NCBI GenBank assembly: GCA_045805205.1
Contig: JBJMLR010000007.1
Span: 114,467 to 178,466, forward strand
From: Bacteroidia bacterium
Lineage (GTDB): Bacteria > Bacteroidota > Bacteroidia > 2-12-FULL-35-15
Direction: 5' to 3'
Length of the DNA: 64,000 nucleotides
The stretch's first letter is position 1; the number at the start of each line of letters is the position of its first letter. The position numbers and the translations under genes were made by a program. The notes beneath the pieces are model-generated. The model searched no databases, was not told the DNA's origin, and worked only from the letters and a program-made list of their open reading frames with translations. Shown one piece after another: positions 1-10,401 of the stretch.

Positions 1-2
1 AC

Positions 3-1055
3 AAGCCCTTTTTTGACGAGTATCGGAAAGTGTTCAGTGATACGCTTGAAAGCGGCTGGTATATTCTGGGAAACCGAGTTCAGGCATTTGAAAAGGAGTT
101 TGCATCCTATTGCGGAACAGCCCATTGTGTCGGACTCGCGAATGGTCTGGATGCATTGATCCTCGCACTTCGTGCGCTTGATCTTGAAAAAGGTTCCGAA
201 GTGATCGTGCCGTCCAATACCTACATTGCCACTATTTTATCTATCGTTCACAATGGCCTGAAGCCCGTGCTTGTCGAGCCGGACCTGTCAACCTATAATA
301 TCGATCCGGCGAGGATCGAGGAAAAGATCACGCCGAAGACCCGAGCGATCATGGTGGTTCACCTGTACGGAAAAATGTGTGAAATGGACAAGATCAATGC
401 GGTTGCAAAGAAACACAAGCTTTCGGTAATTGAAGATTGTGCCCAGGCTCACGGTGCAAAATTCAAAGGAAAAAAGGCTGGAAACTGGGGTGATCTCGGA
501 GCATTCAGCTTTTATCCGACAAAAAACCTTGGCGCATTGGCAGATGCAGGCGCCATGACCGTTAATGATGCGGCTTTGGCAGATTCGATCCGCACGCTGC
601 GGAACTATGGTTCCAAAGCCAAATATTATAACGAGGTTGTGGGATGGAACTCCAGGCTCGATGAAGTGCAGGCGGCATTTCTCTCCGTCAAGCTGAACTA
701 TCTCGATAAGATCAATGCTCACAAAAGAGATTTGGCCGCGTTGTACCTGGATGGATTGAAATCAGACTTTATCCGTCCGGTGGTTAGTTCCGATTATGAA
801 GATGTTTATCACATCTTCAATGTTCGTCATCCCAAACGCGACCTTTTGAAGGAGTATCTTTTGAAGAATGAGATCAAAACCGAAATTCATTATCCCGTTG
901 CTCCGAACAAACAGAAAGCGATGGATGGGATCCTCAGCGGTTTTGAAACTCCGATAGCGGAAGAGATCCACAAAACTACGCTGAGCTTACCGGTTTCATA
1001 TTACCATACAAAAGCGGAGATAGAAAAGGTGATCGATGTGATGAATAAATTCTGA
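3..1055 (+). CDS. DegT/DnrJ/EryC1/StrS aminotransferase, FdtB-like (5'-truncated by window edge)
   Basis: Frame is open from base 3 with no start codon, so the gene begins off-window. Motifs [21 protein letters not shown] (PLP lysine) and NSRLDE. Confidence 0.9.
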   Translation, partial: KPFFDEYRKVFSDTLESGWYILGNRVQAFEKEFASYCGTAHCVGLANGLDALILALRALDLEKGSEVIVPSNTYIATILSIVHNGLKPVLVEPDLSTYNIDPARIEEKITPKTRAIMVVHLYGKMCEMDKINAVAKKHKLSVIEDCAQAHGAKFKGKKAGNWGDLGAFSFYPTKNLGALADAGAMTVNDAALADSIRTLRNYGSKAKYYNEVVGWNSRLDEVQAAFLSVKLNYLDKINAHKRDLAALYLDGLKSDFIRPVVSSDYEDVYHIFNVRHPKRDLLKEYLLKNEIKTEIHYPVAPNKQKAMDGILSGFETPIAEEIHKTTLSLPVSYYHTKAEIEKVIDVMNKF

Positions 1056-1056
1056 G

Positions 1057-1866
1057 ATGACCGCATTGTCCATCATAACGATCAACTTCAACGATGCTGC
1101 AGGATTGGAGCGTACGATCCGGAGTGTTGCTGAACAATCTGTCAAAGAACATGAGCTGATCGTCATTGATGGAGGCTCATCCGACGGAAGCACCGATGTT
1201 ATTAAAAAATATGAAAGCTCGATCAGCTCCTGGGTGTCGGAAAAAGACCAAGGAATATACGATGCTCAGAATAAAGGGATCAGCCGGTCGAAAGGAAAAT
1301 ACCTTCTTTTTCTGAATGCAGGTGATCATTTTCATGATAAGGATGTAGAGAGAGATTTTTTAAATTTTATCACAAGCGGTGAAAAAAAGCTGATCTATGG
1401 AAGTGCGCGCATAATCGATGCAGATGGAGCGGAGCGGATCACTTCGCCGCCTGCCGTTCCTGACCTTGATTTCTGGTATGCAAATACGATCACACACCAG
1501 GCAGTTTTCTTTCATTCCGATTTGTTTTCGGCATTGGGGAAATTTAAAACGGAATACCGGTTCGGCGCAGACTATGATTTTTTACTGCGTGTTTTCCTGG
1601 CAATGCCGGCGGAGTTTAAGAAGATGAACCGCATCATTTGTGATTATGACAACACAGGACTCACGTCGAAGGACGAATATCATAAGATGATCATCGAAGA
1701 AAGGAAAAAGATCATGCTGACCCATGTAAGCAAAAGCGAGTTCCGGAGCATGCGTTCACATTACCTTGCAGCATTGCCTTTTAAAAGAAGATATACCGTG
1801 ATCATTCGTGAAAATCCACTGCTCAGGAACTTACTGAGACCATTCTATAAATTGTTCTTCCGTTGA
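1057..1866 (+). CDS. GT2 glycosyltransferase (WcaE-like)
   Basis: SIITINFN start, IDGGSSDGS, KDQGIYDAQNKG, LFLNAGD. Confidence 0.9.
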   Translation: MTALSIITINFNDAAGLERTIRSVAEQSVKEHELIVIDGGSSDGSTDVIKKYESSISSWVSEKDQGIYDAQNKGISRSKGKYLLFLNAGDHFHDKDVERDFLNFITSGEKKLIYGSARIIDADGAERITSPPAVPDLDFWYANTITHQAVFFHSDLFSALGKFKTEYRFGADYDFLLRVFLAMPAEFKKMNRIICDYDNTGLTSKDEYHKMIIEERKKIMLTHVSKSEFRSMRSHYLAALPFKRRYTVIIRENPLLRNLLRPFYKLFFR

Positions 1867-2864
1867 TGATGAGCCCGCTGATTTCTGTGATCATACCGAC
1901 GTTCAATTATGCATCGTTTCTTCCGGAGACGATCGGAAGTGTGATGGCTCAGACCTATGGAAACTGGGAATGTATCGTTGTGGATGACGGATCGACGGAT
2001 GACACAAAAAATGTAATGGACGCGCTTTGCAAAAGCGATCCGCGGATAAAATATTTAGTGCAGAAAAATGACGGGCCTACTATAGCAAGAAACAATGGTC
2101 TTAAAAATGCTTCGGGAGACTTTATCCAGTTTCTCGATGCCGATGACCTGCTTGAAAAGGAGAAGTTTGAAAAGCAGCTGCAGATCTTTGAAAGTGATCC
2201 GTCTGCTGATATCGTTTACGGTGGCGTAAACTATTTCCGGTCCGGTTTTCCGGATCAGCTGTTTGACGGGATCAGCCTGGAAGGATCGAAACCCTGGATG
2301 AAAAAGCTGAGCGGACAAGGGGAGATCATGATAAAAGCATTGCTGAATGAGAACCTGATGGTGATCAGCTCACCATTGGTCCGGAGATCGTTGTTCGAAA
2401 AGCTCGGGAAAATGAATGAGACGCTGCGCTATAATGAGGATTGGGAGCTGTGGGCCCGTTTTGCGATCGGCAATGCGAAATTCCGTTTTGATGAATCGCC
2501 CGGCACGAATGCGCTTGTCAGGGTTCACGACAGTTATAGCAAAGATAATTTTATGATGTTCGCGCACGGATTGAAGGCTTGTCTGCTGCTCGATGAGAAA
2601 GTGAAAGGGCGCAGCTATAAACGCATTATGATTCCGAAAATTAATTATCATAAGCGGATCCTCGACGAAAAGCTCCTGGTTTTGCTGAGGAGCAGCAGGG
2701 AGAAAGCGTCAGCAGAAGCAAAAAAGATATTTGATCATACAGGAATAGGCAGGTACAGAACGTATTCGGAGATCTTCCTGAGCTGGCCGTTCTTTCTGTG
2801 CTACCTGTATGCGAAGATTTGTTTTTTGTTCCCTAAGCTGAAAAATACGATTGTTTACGCCTGA
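1866..2864 (+). CDS. GT2 glycosyltransferase
   Basis: ISVIIPTFN, VVDDGSTD, QFLDADD (DxD). ATG at 1866 overlaps the upstream stop. Confidence 0.9.
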   Translation: MMSPLISVIIPTFNYASFLPETIGSVMAQTYGNWECIVVDDGSTDDTKNVMDALCKSDPRIKYLVQKNDGPTIARNNGLKNASGDFIQFLDADDLLEKEKFEKQLQIFESDPSADIVYGGVNYFRSGFPDQLFDGISLEGSKPWMKKLSGQGEIMIKALLNENLMVISSPLVRRSLFEKLGKMNETLRYNEDWELWARFAIGNAKFRFDESPGTNALVRVHDSYSKDNFMMFAHGLKACLLLDEKVKGRSYKRIMIPKINYHKRILDEKLLVLLRSSREKASAEAKKIFDHTGIGRYRTYSEIFLSWPFFLCYLYAKICFLFPKLKNTIVYA

Positions 2865-2886
2865 ATAAAATGTTCAAACGAAATAG

Positions 2887-3867
2887 GTGAGTTCAAAATT
2901 TCAACGGATGCCGGAAAGAAAGCCAAAAGTCTCAGTATGTATTCCCGCCTACAAGCAGGTCGAATACTTGCGGAAAACACTTTCCACATTGTTGACACAG
3001 GATTTTAATGATTATGAGCTCATTGTTTCGGATGATTCGCCGGATGATTCGGTAGAACGGCTTTTGAGCGAGTTTGATTTCGGCGATAAGCTCAGATATT
3101 CCAGGAACTCGCCGGCTCTCGGCTCTCCGGGCAACTGGAATGCGGCGATGCTCCTGGCAACAGGCGAATATGTCAAGATCATGCATCATGACGACTTCTT
3201 TACTTCTGAAAGCAGTCTGGGCAAGTTTGTTAAGCTGCTCGATAATAATCCCGGCGTATCGCTCGCATTCTCAGGGACCGTGATCGATTTGCTGGCGATG
3301 CGCACAAAAAAGATCCACAGCTGTTCGAACAAACAATTTTCAAAGATGATCAGCCATCCCGACCGTCTCTATTTTTCAAATTATATTGGCGCTCCCAGTG
3401 CAACGATCGTCCGGAACGGCTCGGGAATACTGTTCGACACGCAATTAAAATGGCTTGTGGATGTGGATTGGTACATGCAGTTGATCTACGCCGGTTCCGG
3501 AGTGGTGTTTACAAAAGAGCCGCTCGTATGTACAGTGCATGGTGCGGAGGGACAGATCACGCAGTCGGTTATGGACGACAGGGAGATCCAGATCCGGGAG
3601 CATGCTTATTTACTTGAAAAGCTGAAGGACAAGGGAATAAAGCTAAAAAAGTATTCACTCCTTTTCCAATTGCTTTTCCGGAAGTACGGAATAGATGACT
3701 TATCCGCATTACGCAAAATAGTAAGTGTCTCTGATGAATTGCTCCCTTTTTACAATGGAGTCTTTGAATCGAAGAACAGTGCGATCTTTTTTAAGAAGAT
3801 CATTTTCTGGTTGAATAAAAAATCGCTGAACGATCATTTGTATACATTAAAAACATATCTCAAATGA
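2887..3867 (+). CDS. GT2 glycosyltransferase
   Basis: VSVCIPAY, VSDDSPDD, NWNAAM, KIMHHDD. Alternative ATG at 2908. Confidence 0.85.
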   Translation: MSSKFQRMPERKPKVSVCIPAYKQVEYLRKTLSTLLTQDFNDYELIVSDDSPDDSVERLLSEFDFGDKLRYSRNSPALGSPGNWNAAMLLATGEYVKIMHHDDFFTSESSLGKFVKLLDNNPGVSLAFSGTVIDLLAMRTKKIHSCSNKQFSKMISHPDRLYFSNYIGAPSATIVRNGSGILFDTQLKWLVDVDWYMQLIYAGSGVVFTKEPLVCTVHGAEGQITQSVMDDREIQIREHAYLLEKLKDKGIKLKKYSLLFQLLFRKYGIDDLSALRKIVSVSDELLPFYNGVFESKNSAIFFKKIIFWLNKKSLNDHLYTLKTYLK

Positions 3868-4742
3868 TCATCGTGAAGCTAATGGGCGGACTGGGGAACC
3901 AGCTTTTTCAGTATGCTTTCGGGAAAGCAATGGCACTGAAGCATGGCGTTCAGCTGAAAGTGGATGTTTCCGGGATAGGTGATCATGCCGGTTATACCAG
4001 CCGGGAGCTGGAGCTCGCTCACTTTGATAAGCACATTACAATCGCTTCTGAAAAAGAGCTGGAGCCATACCAGAAAGGCAAATTATCTAAAATTATGGAC
4101 CTGGCTTCCTTATCGGTCGGCTTAAATTCCGGAAGCATGTATGTACGCGAGCCGCATTTTCATTTTTCTGCGCTTGCGATGAAAGCGCCTGAGGATGCAT
4201 ATCTTGACGGCTATTGGCAGAGTGAAAAATATTTTGCTGCTGTGAAAAATGAATTGATTGCTCTATTGACGGACGGCGTTTCTCTGTCGCAGAAAAGTGC
4301 TGGTCTGGCAGACCAAATGCAGAAGGAAAACTCAGTCGCGATCCATGTAAGGAAAGGCGATTACGTCAGTGTAAAACAGAACCAGGAGATCTACGCGGCG
4401 CTTGACGGGGCATATTATCTCGCAGCGATCGAATACATAAAAACACATGTAAAAGATCCGGTTTTTTATATTTTTTCAGATGAGCCCGATTGGTTTACAA
4501 AAAATATAAAGGCAAACGTTCCCGTGGTCAATGTTACTGATAATCGCGGAAGCAGCAGCTACCAGGATCTGTTTCTCATGAGCTGCTGTAAGCACAATAT
4601 CATTGCAAACAGCTCTTTCAGCTGGTGGGGCGCATGGCTGAACAAGCATCCGCAGAAAATTGTGATCGCTCCGGAAAAATGGTTCAATGGCCCATCAAAA
4701 AATGCGAAAGACCTCATCCCTGAAAATTGGATAAAATTATGA
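3864..4742 (+). CDS. Alpha-1,2-fucosyltransferase, GT11 family
   Basis: GGLGNQLFQYA, GYWQSEKYF, HVRKGDY and IIANSSFSWWGAWL are hallmark GT11 motifs. Confidence 0.92.
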   Translation: MIIVKLMGGLGNQLFQYAFGKAMALKHGVQLKVDVSGIGDHAGYTSRELELAHFDKHITIASEKELEPYQKGKLSKIMDLASLSVGLNSGSMYVREPHFHFSALAMKAPEDAYLDGYWQSEKYFAAVKNELIALLTDGVSLSQKSAGLADQMQKENSVAIHVRKGDYVSVKQNQEIYAALDGAYYLAAIEYIKTHVKDPVFYIFSDEPDWFTKNIKANVPVVNVTDNRGSSSYQDLFLMSCCKHNIIANSSFSWWGAWLNKHPQKIVIAPEKWFNGPSKNAKDLIPENWIKL

Positions 4743-5767
4743 ACCCGAAAGTAACTGTCCTGATGCCGGTATATAACGGCGCCCGTTATCTCACCGACGC
4801 TGTCGGGAGTGTATTGGGACAGGATTTTACTGATTTCGAATTGCTGATCATCGATGATGGGTCGGTGGATTCTTCGGTGAAAGTGATCGAATCCTATGCA
4901 GATCCACGGATCCGACTTTTGAAGAACGGGAAGAACAGGGGCCTCGTAATGACATTGAACCGGGGCCTGGAAGAAGCAAAAGGAGAGTATATCGCCAGGA
5001 TGGACTGTGATGACATCTGTATCCGCTCAAGGCTTTCATCGCAGGTTCGGTTCATGGAAAAAAATAAGAACCTGGGTGCCTGCGGTAGCTTTTATTACCT
5101 GCTGCGGAACGGCAAAAAGGTCATTGCCGATTTTCCCGTCAGCAACGAAGAGATAAAAGCTTACCTGGTATTCAATAGTCCGATGGCTCATCCTTCCGTT
5201 ATGATCCGCAGATCCGTGATCGGTAAACATAACCTGAAGTATGATCCGGACTTCATTCATTGTGAGGATTATGACCTGTGGTCGCGCCTGGCGGAATACT
5301 CGGAGCTGGGAAATTGTCCCGAAATATTGCTTGAGTATCGTGTTCATGAAGGCCAGATCACCGGCAATGAAAAGTTTTTTTCTGCGAAGGCCAAGAGCCT
5401 GGATACGATCCGTACCCGCGAGCTCGGAAAGATCGGTATTATACCAACGCCGGAGGAATTAAGAGTTCACAACATCATCAGCAACGGTGAAAAACCAGCA
5501 ACGCCGGAACTGTTTCAGCAAGCGGAAAGCTGGCTCGAAAAGCTGCTCGTGCAGAATGAACAAGGAAAAAAACTGAACAAGGGATATTTTGAAAAGATCA
5601 TCCTGGAGAGGTGGCTGCGTTTATGCTATAATCATCTTGGCTGGAAAAAAGGATTCCGGTATTTTTACGGATCGGCGGTCTATCGGAAAGTTCGCCTGCC
5701 AATAGTTTTGAAGCTGGCACTTTTTCGCCAGGTCTTTTATTCATACAAACGGAAAAAGCAAGGATGA
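4739..5767 (+). CDS. GT2 glycosyltransferase
   Basis: VTVLMPVYN, IIDDGSVD, ARMDCDD, EDYDLW. ATG at 4739 forms an ATGA overlap with the GT11 stop. Confidence 0.9.
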   Translation: MNPKVTVLMPVYNGARYLTDAVGSVLGQDFTDFELLIIDDGSVDSSVKVIESYADPRIRLLKNGKNRGLVMTLNRGLEEAKGEYIARMDCDDICIRSRLSSQVRFMEKNKNLGACGSFYYLLRNGKKVIADFPVSNEEIKAYLVFNSPMAHPSVMIRRSVIGKHNLKYDPDFIHCEDYDLWSRLAEYSELGNCPEILLEYRVHEGQITGNEKFFSAKAKSLDTIRTRELGKIGIIPTPEELRVHNIISNGEKPATPELFQQAESWLEKLLVQNEQGKKLNKGYFEKIILERWLRLCYNHLGWKKGFRYFYGSAVYRKVRLPIVLKLALFRQVFYSYKRKKQG

Positions 5768-6870
5768 AAATATTGATCCTTTCGGATATAAATTCTTCTC
5801 ACACTCAGAAATGGGTTTCCGGGCTGTCGCAGCGTGGTATCGATGTAGCGGTGTTCAGTATTTCCGCTCCCGCATCCGACTGGCACGTGAGAAAGGGAAT
5901 AAAGCTGCTTGGAAACACTCCGGATAATAAAAGAACTGCCGGCCGAAGCCTGCTTTCCAAAGCTTCTTATCTGCAGCTCATTCCCGGTCTGAGGAAAGCG
6001 ATCGATGGATTTCAGCCGGACCTGCTGCATGCGCATTATGCCTCCAGCTATGGCTTCCTTGGAGCGCTCTCCGGTTTTCATCCCTTTGTGATCTCAGCCT
6101 GGGGAAGTGACCTGATGGAGTTTCCGCTTAAGAATATCGTGAACAGGAAGATCGTAAAATACAACCTTGCGAAAGCAGATCTTTTGCTCGCAACAAGCAA
6201 AGTGCTGGTTGATACGATCGCAAAATATTCGGATAAGCGGGCTGTCAGAATTCCATTTGGCATCAATACCGCTCAGTTTGCGCCGGAAACCGTTGCTTCC
6301 TTGTTCCCGGAAAGCAGCACAGTGGTCGGAACGATCAAATCGCTTGAAACGATCTATGGGATCGATGTATTACTGAATGCCTTCCGGATCGCAGCTGATC
6401 AGCCTTCCGGAAGAGAACTTCGTTTGCTGATTGTCGGCGGAGGATCAAAAGAAGAAGAATATAAACGGCTTGCCGGACAGCTTGGGATTTTAGAAAAGGT
6501 TGTGTTTGCCGGGCGCGTGGCGCATGATGAAGCTTCGTATTATCACAATATGATCGATATCTTTGTAAACGTGTCGCGCAACGAAAGCTTCGGTGTTTCG
6601 GTGCTGGAAGCATCGGCTTGCGGAAAGCCGGTGATCGTCAGCGAAGTTGGCGGACTGCCGGAAGTGGTCATAAAAAATGAAACGGGATTTTGTGTTCCGC
6701 CGGAAGGTGCAATGGAGACAGCGAAAGCGATCGGTCAGTTGGCCGGAGATCCGGCTTTGCGCAAACGGATGGGATCCCAGGGAAGAGCATTTGTACAGCA
6801 GCATTTTGACCTGGATAAAAATGTGGACGAGATGCTCCGGGTTTATGAGAAGCTGATCATTAAAAAATAA
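5764..6870 (+). CDS. GT4 glycosyltransferase
   Basis: LHAHYASSYG, AWGSD, ESFGVSVLEA (E-x7-E). Confidence 0.9.
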   Translation: MKILILSDINSSHTQKWVSGLSQRGIDVAVFSISAPASDWHVRKGIKLLGNTPDNKRTAGRSLLSKASYLQLIPGLRKAIDGFQPDLLHAHYASSYGFLGALSGFHPFVISAWGSDLMEFPLKNIVNRKIVKYNLAKADLLLATSKVLVDTIAKYSDKRAVRIPFGINTAQFAPETVASLFPESSTVVGTIKSLETIYGIDVLLNAFRIAADQPSGRELRLLIVGGGSKEEEYKRLAGQLGILEKVVFAGRVAHDEASYYHNMIDIFVNVSRNESFGVSVLEASACGKPVIVSEVGGLPEVVIKNETGFCVPPEGAMETAKAIGQLAGDPALRKRMGSQGRAFVQQHFDLDKNVDEMLRVYEKLIIKK

Positions 6871-6878
6871 AATTCAAC

Positions 6879-7889
6879 GTGAAGTCTGTTGCAATAGTGG
6901 TACCGGCCAGGAATGAGGAAAAGTACATTGGAAAATGTATCGAATCCGTATTGGCGCAGGATCATCCGCAGGAGCTTATCTCATTGTTCATCTGTGACGG
7001 TAAAAGCACCGACGCAACAGCGGCGGTTGTAACCGGTTATTCATCACGGTTCAGCAATGTTCATCTGCTGATCAATGAAAAGCAAAGTACGCCTTACGCG
7101 CTGAATCTCGGGATCAGGGCTTCGGATGCCGACGTCGTGATCATTCTGGGCGCACATGCTGAGCTGGATCGTTCATACGTTTCCAATTGTCTGAAAGCTT
7201 TTCAGCATGATGAACGCATCGGTTGTACCGGCGGGATCATCGAGAATATATACGAAAATGAGACGGCTGAAGTGATCGGTAAAGCCATGTCATCTTCTTT
7301 TGGAGTCGGCAATGCGCATTTCCGGACAGGCAATAAAAGTGGCTTTGTCGACACGGTTGCGTTCGGCGCTTACAAAAGAGAAGTGTTCGAAAAGATCGGC
7401 TGTTTTGATGAGGAGCTGATCAGGAACCAGGACGATGAATTCAATTATCGCCTGACAAATGCGGGATTCCTGGTTTACCTTTCCCGTGATATTCGCTCAA
7501 AGTACTATGTCCGGGCTTCCTATGAGAAGCTCTTCCGCCAGTATTATCAATATGGATACTGGAAAGTTTATGTTGGGAAAAAGCACAAGGCGATCTCCAC
7601 CTTGCGTCAGCTGATCCCGATGCTGTTTGTGCTGTTCCTTTTCATCGGTGCTTTTCTTTCCCCGCTGCACCTATTTATTTTTCGTGCTTACATGGGCGTA
7701 ATGGTTTTGTATTTGCTGGGCGCAGTTTATTTTGCTGCGCAGAAGTCCTCCGGTGTCGCCCAGTTGCCGAAAATTGTCTTTGCATTTATGATCCTCCATT
7801 TTTCTTATGGAACAGGTTATTTAAGAGGTATCTTTGATTTTCTGATCATGAACAGGAGCATAAGAACAGAGGAAAAGCTGACGAGATAA
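6879..7889 (+). CDS. GT2 glycosyltransferase (ExoA-like) with C-terminal TM segments
   Basis: IVVPARNEE, DGKSTD, LGAHA, RNQDDEFNYR, hydrophobic C-terminus. Confidence 0.85.
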   Translation: MKSVAIVVPARNEEKYIGKCIESVLAQDHPQELISLFICDGKSTDATAAVVTGYSSRFSNVHLLINEKQSTPYALNLGIRASDADVVIILGAHAELDRSYVSNCLKAFQHDERIGCTGGIIENIYENETAEVIGKAMSSSFGVGNAHFRTGNKSGFVDTVAFGAYKREVFEKIGCFDEELIRNQDDEFNYRLTNAGFLVYLSRDIRSKYYVRASYEKLFRQYYQYGYWKVYVGKKHKAISTLRQLIPMLFVLFLFIGAFLSPLHLFIFRAYMGVMVLYLLGAVYFAAQKSSGVAQLPKIVFAFMILHFSYGTGYLRGIFDFLIMNRSIRTEEKLTR

Positions 7890-9131
7890 ATGAACGACAG
7901 AAAGACATTACATATCCGCGCACATTATTACCTGGCATTGATGGTCGCACTTTGCCTTCCCATCGGCCGTCTTGCTCCGGTGTTTATCGCTTTGATGTTT
8001 TTGAACTGGCTGCTGGAAGGCGAATTCAGAAGCAAGTTCAGGACGCTTGCCGGAAGTAAATTAGCTCTGCTCTTTATCGCATTTTATCTCCTGCATCTTA
8101 TCGGAATGATCTACACCGAAAATACCGATGCAGGGTGGTTCGATCTCCAGGTAAAGCTGTCGCTGATCATTTTACCGCTGATCATTGCCAGCCGTCCTTT
8201 TAACGAATACCAGCTCAGGAATATTTTCATGATGTTCATTGCCGGCGGGATCATTTCCTCGCTGATCCTTCTTTCCCGCGCGGTCTTTACCTGGTTTGCT
8301 TACGGTGAAAACAATTTCTTTTACCAGGCATTTACGTTCCTCATTCACCCCAGCTATTTGTCGATGTACTTTTGCCTGTGCATCGCCTGGCTGCTGTATA
8401 ATCTTCTGAAACGGGATCCGTCCAATGGAATTCCGACAGGTGTCTCGATCGCGGCGATCCTGTTTTTCTCTTTCATCAATGTGCTTTTGTCATCAAAAAT
8501 GGGACTTCTCGGAATGTTCCTGGTCTATTTCAGCTTTCTTGTTGGTTATATTGTCAGCAGGAAAAAATACATTGCAGGAGGAGCCGGTGTTATCGCTTTC
8601 GTCCTGGTTGTTTTCTGCCTCGTGAAATATGTACCCGAAGTTCGGGATCGCTTCAATGCAGCAGCAACTGCGCTGTCAAAGGACAATACAAACCAGGCGG
8701 AAGGAGAAAGTACAGCGGTCCGCATGCTGATCTGGAAGGCAGGCAATAAACTGATCGGTGATCATTTGCTGTTCGGTGTCGGTACAGGCGATGCGAAGCA
8801 AGAGCTGGTAAAAGAATATAAAGCTAGAGGAATGAGCGGGGCGCTGGAGCATCAGCTGAATGCACACAATGAATTTTACCAGGTATTCATCAGCCTCGGG
8901 CTCGTCGGCTTCACGGTATTTATCATTTCACTTTTGATCCCGGCTTATCTGTCGTTCTGCAGAAAGGATGTCATTTATTTCGTATTTCTTGTACTGATGA
9001 TGATTAACTTTATCCCCGAGTCCATGTTTGAAACACAAGCCGGCGTTATGTTTTACGCGTTTTTTAATTCACTGCTTTGTTTTCGGAGGGATAGCGATAC
9101 TCAGAACCAGCATATAACATCATCCGTTTAG
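7890..9131 (+). CDS. O-antigen ligase / Wzy_C-family membrane protein
   Basis: Many TM segments, HPSYLSMY, periplasmic loop STAVRMLIWKAG...FGVGTGD...NAHNEF. Confidence 0.8.
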   Translation: MNDRKTLHIRAHYYLALMVALCLPIGRLAPVFIALMFLNWLLEGEFRSKFRTLAGSKLALLFIAFYLLHLIGMIYTENTDAGWFDLQVKLSLIILPLIIASRPFNEYQLRNIFMMFIAGGIISSLILLSRAVFTWFAYGENNFFYQAFTFLIHPSYLSMYFCLCIAWLLYNLLKRDPSNGIPTGVSIAAILFFSFINVLLSSKMGLLGMFLVYFSFLVGYIVSRKKYIAGGAGVIAFVLVVFCLVKYVPEVRDRFNAAATALSKDNTNQAEGESTAVRMLIWKAGNKLIGDHLLFGVGTGDAKQELVKEYKARGMSGALEHQLNAHNEFYQVFISLGLVGFTVFIISLLIPAYLSFCRKDVIYFVFLVLMMINFIPESMFETQAGVMFYAFFNSLLCFRRDSDTQNQHITSSV

Positions 9132-9138
9132 CCTATAA

Positions 9139-9186
9139 CTTTTCACCTTTTACTTTTTACTTTTAACAATCATCTTTAACTTTTCA
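9139..9186 (+). repeat. Degenerate 7-bp pyrimidine-rich tandem repeat
   Basis: CTTTTCA CCTTTTA CTTTTTA CTTTTAA ... CTTTTCA in the spacer upstream of the second DegT gene. Confidence 0.5.
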
Positions 9187-9191
9187 CTCCA

Positions 9192-10400
9192 ATGATTCCA
9201 TTTTCACCGCCCCATATCGATCAGAAGATCATCGACGAAGTCACAAAAGTACTGCGCTCCGGCTGGATCACCACCGGCCCCAGAACGAAATTATTTGAAA
9301 AAGAGCTGACAAAGTATTGCGGCAACAAAGCAACCTTATGCCTGAACAGTGCTACTGCAGGGCTGGAGATCATGCTGCGCTGGTTCGGTGTGAAAGAAGG
9401 CGATGAAGTGATCCTGCCGGCGTATACGTATTCCGCTACTGCAAATGTAGTGATCCATTGCGGCGCAAAGCCTGTGTTTGTGGATGTGAATCCGCACGAT
9501 TTCAATATCAGCGCTGCGAATGTTGCAAATGCGATCACGGAGCGGACAAAAGTGATCATGCCTGTTGATTTTGGCGGTTATCCTTGTGATTATGATGAGC
9601 TGAATGCACTCGTGATCCGGCATCGGGACAAATTCAATGCTTCTTCGGATGAGCAGAAAAAGCTGGGGCGCATTCTTGTGCTTTCGGATTCTGCGCATTC
9701 ATTCGGCGCAAGCTACAAAGGAAAAAAAGCAGGTGTCCTTACCGATGTTTCTGTCTTCTCTTTTCATGCCGTTAAGAACCTCACTACCGCAGAAGGCGGA
9801 GCTGTAATGCTTAATCTTCCGGAGCCATTCGATAACGAAGAGGTCTACAAAACGCTTTGTGTAAAAACACTGCACGGACAGGATAAAGATGCGCTGGCAA
9901 AAACGCAGAAAGGAAACTGGCGGTACGATATTGTGGAAGCCGGCTACAAATGCAATATGACCGATATCATGGCTGCGATCGGCCTGGTAGAGCTGGAACG
10001 TTATGATGATCTTACATCCAAAGCGCGGGAGCAGATCTTCAAACGCTACGATGAGGTTTTTTCAAAGTACAGCTGGGCGCAGCTTCCGGAGTATGAAACA
10101 AAGGATAAGCTGTCCTGTTATCATTTATATCCTTTACGCATCAAGGGAATTTCCGAAGCACAGCGCGATCTGATCATCAAAGAGATCTTCGACCAGGATG
10201 TTTCAGTGAATGTTCACTTTATTCCCGTTCCGATGATGAGCTTTTACAAAGGACTGGGCTATGACATCAAAAACTACCCGGTAACATTTGATAATTACTC
10301 CCGCGAGATCTCCCTTCCGGTTTACGTGGATCTCACCGGTGACCTCGTAGAGCGTGTGATCAACGCGGTGATCAATGCAGTGAAGAAGGTGACCGGTTAA
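9192..10400 (+). CDS. DegT-family sugar aminotransferase (PglE/EpsN-like)
   Basis: SGWITTGP, DSAHSFGA, SFHAVKNLTTAEGG, GYKCNMTDI. Confidence 0.9.
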   Translation: MIPFSPPHIDQKIIDEVTKVLRSGWITTGPRTKLFEKELTKYCGNKATLCLNSATAGLEIMLRWFGVKEGDEVILPAYTYSATANVVIHCGAKPVFVDVNPHDFNISAANVANAITERTKVIMPVDFGGYPCDYDELNALVIRHRDKFNASSDEQKKLGRILVLSDSAHSFGASYKGKKAGVLTDVSVFSFHAVKNLTTAEGGAVMLNLPEPFDNEEVYKTLCVKTLHGQDKDALAKTQKGNWRYDIVEAGYKCNMTDIMAAIGLVELERYDDLTSKAREQIFKRYDEVFSKYSWAQLPEYETKDKLSCYHLYPLRIKGISEAQRDLIIKEIFDQDVSVNVHFIPVPMMSFYKGLGYDIKNYPVTFDNYSREISLPVYVDLTGDLVERVINAVINAVKKVTG

Positions 10401-10401
10401 G

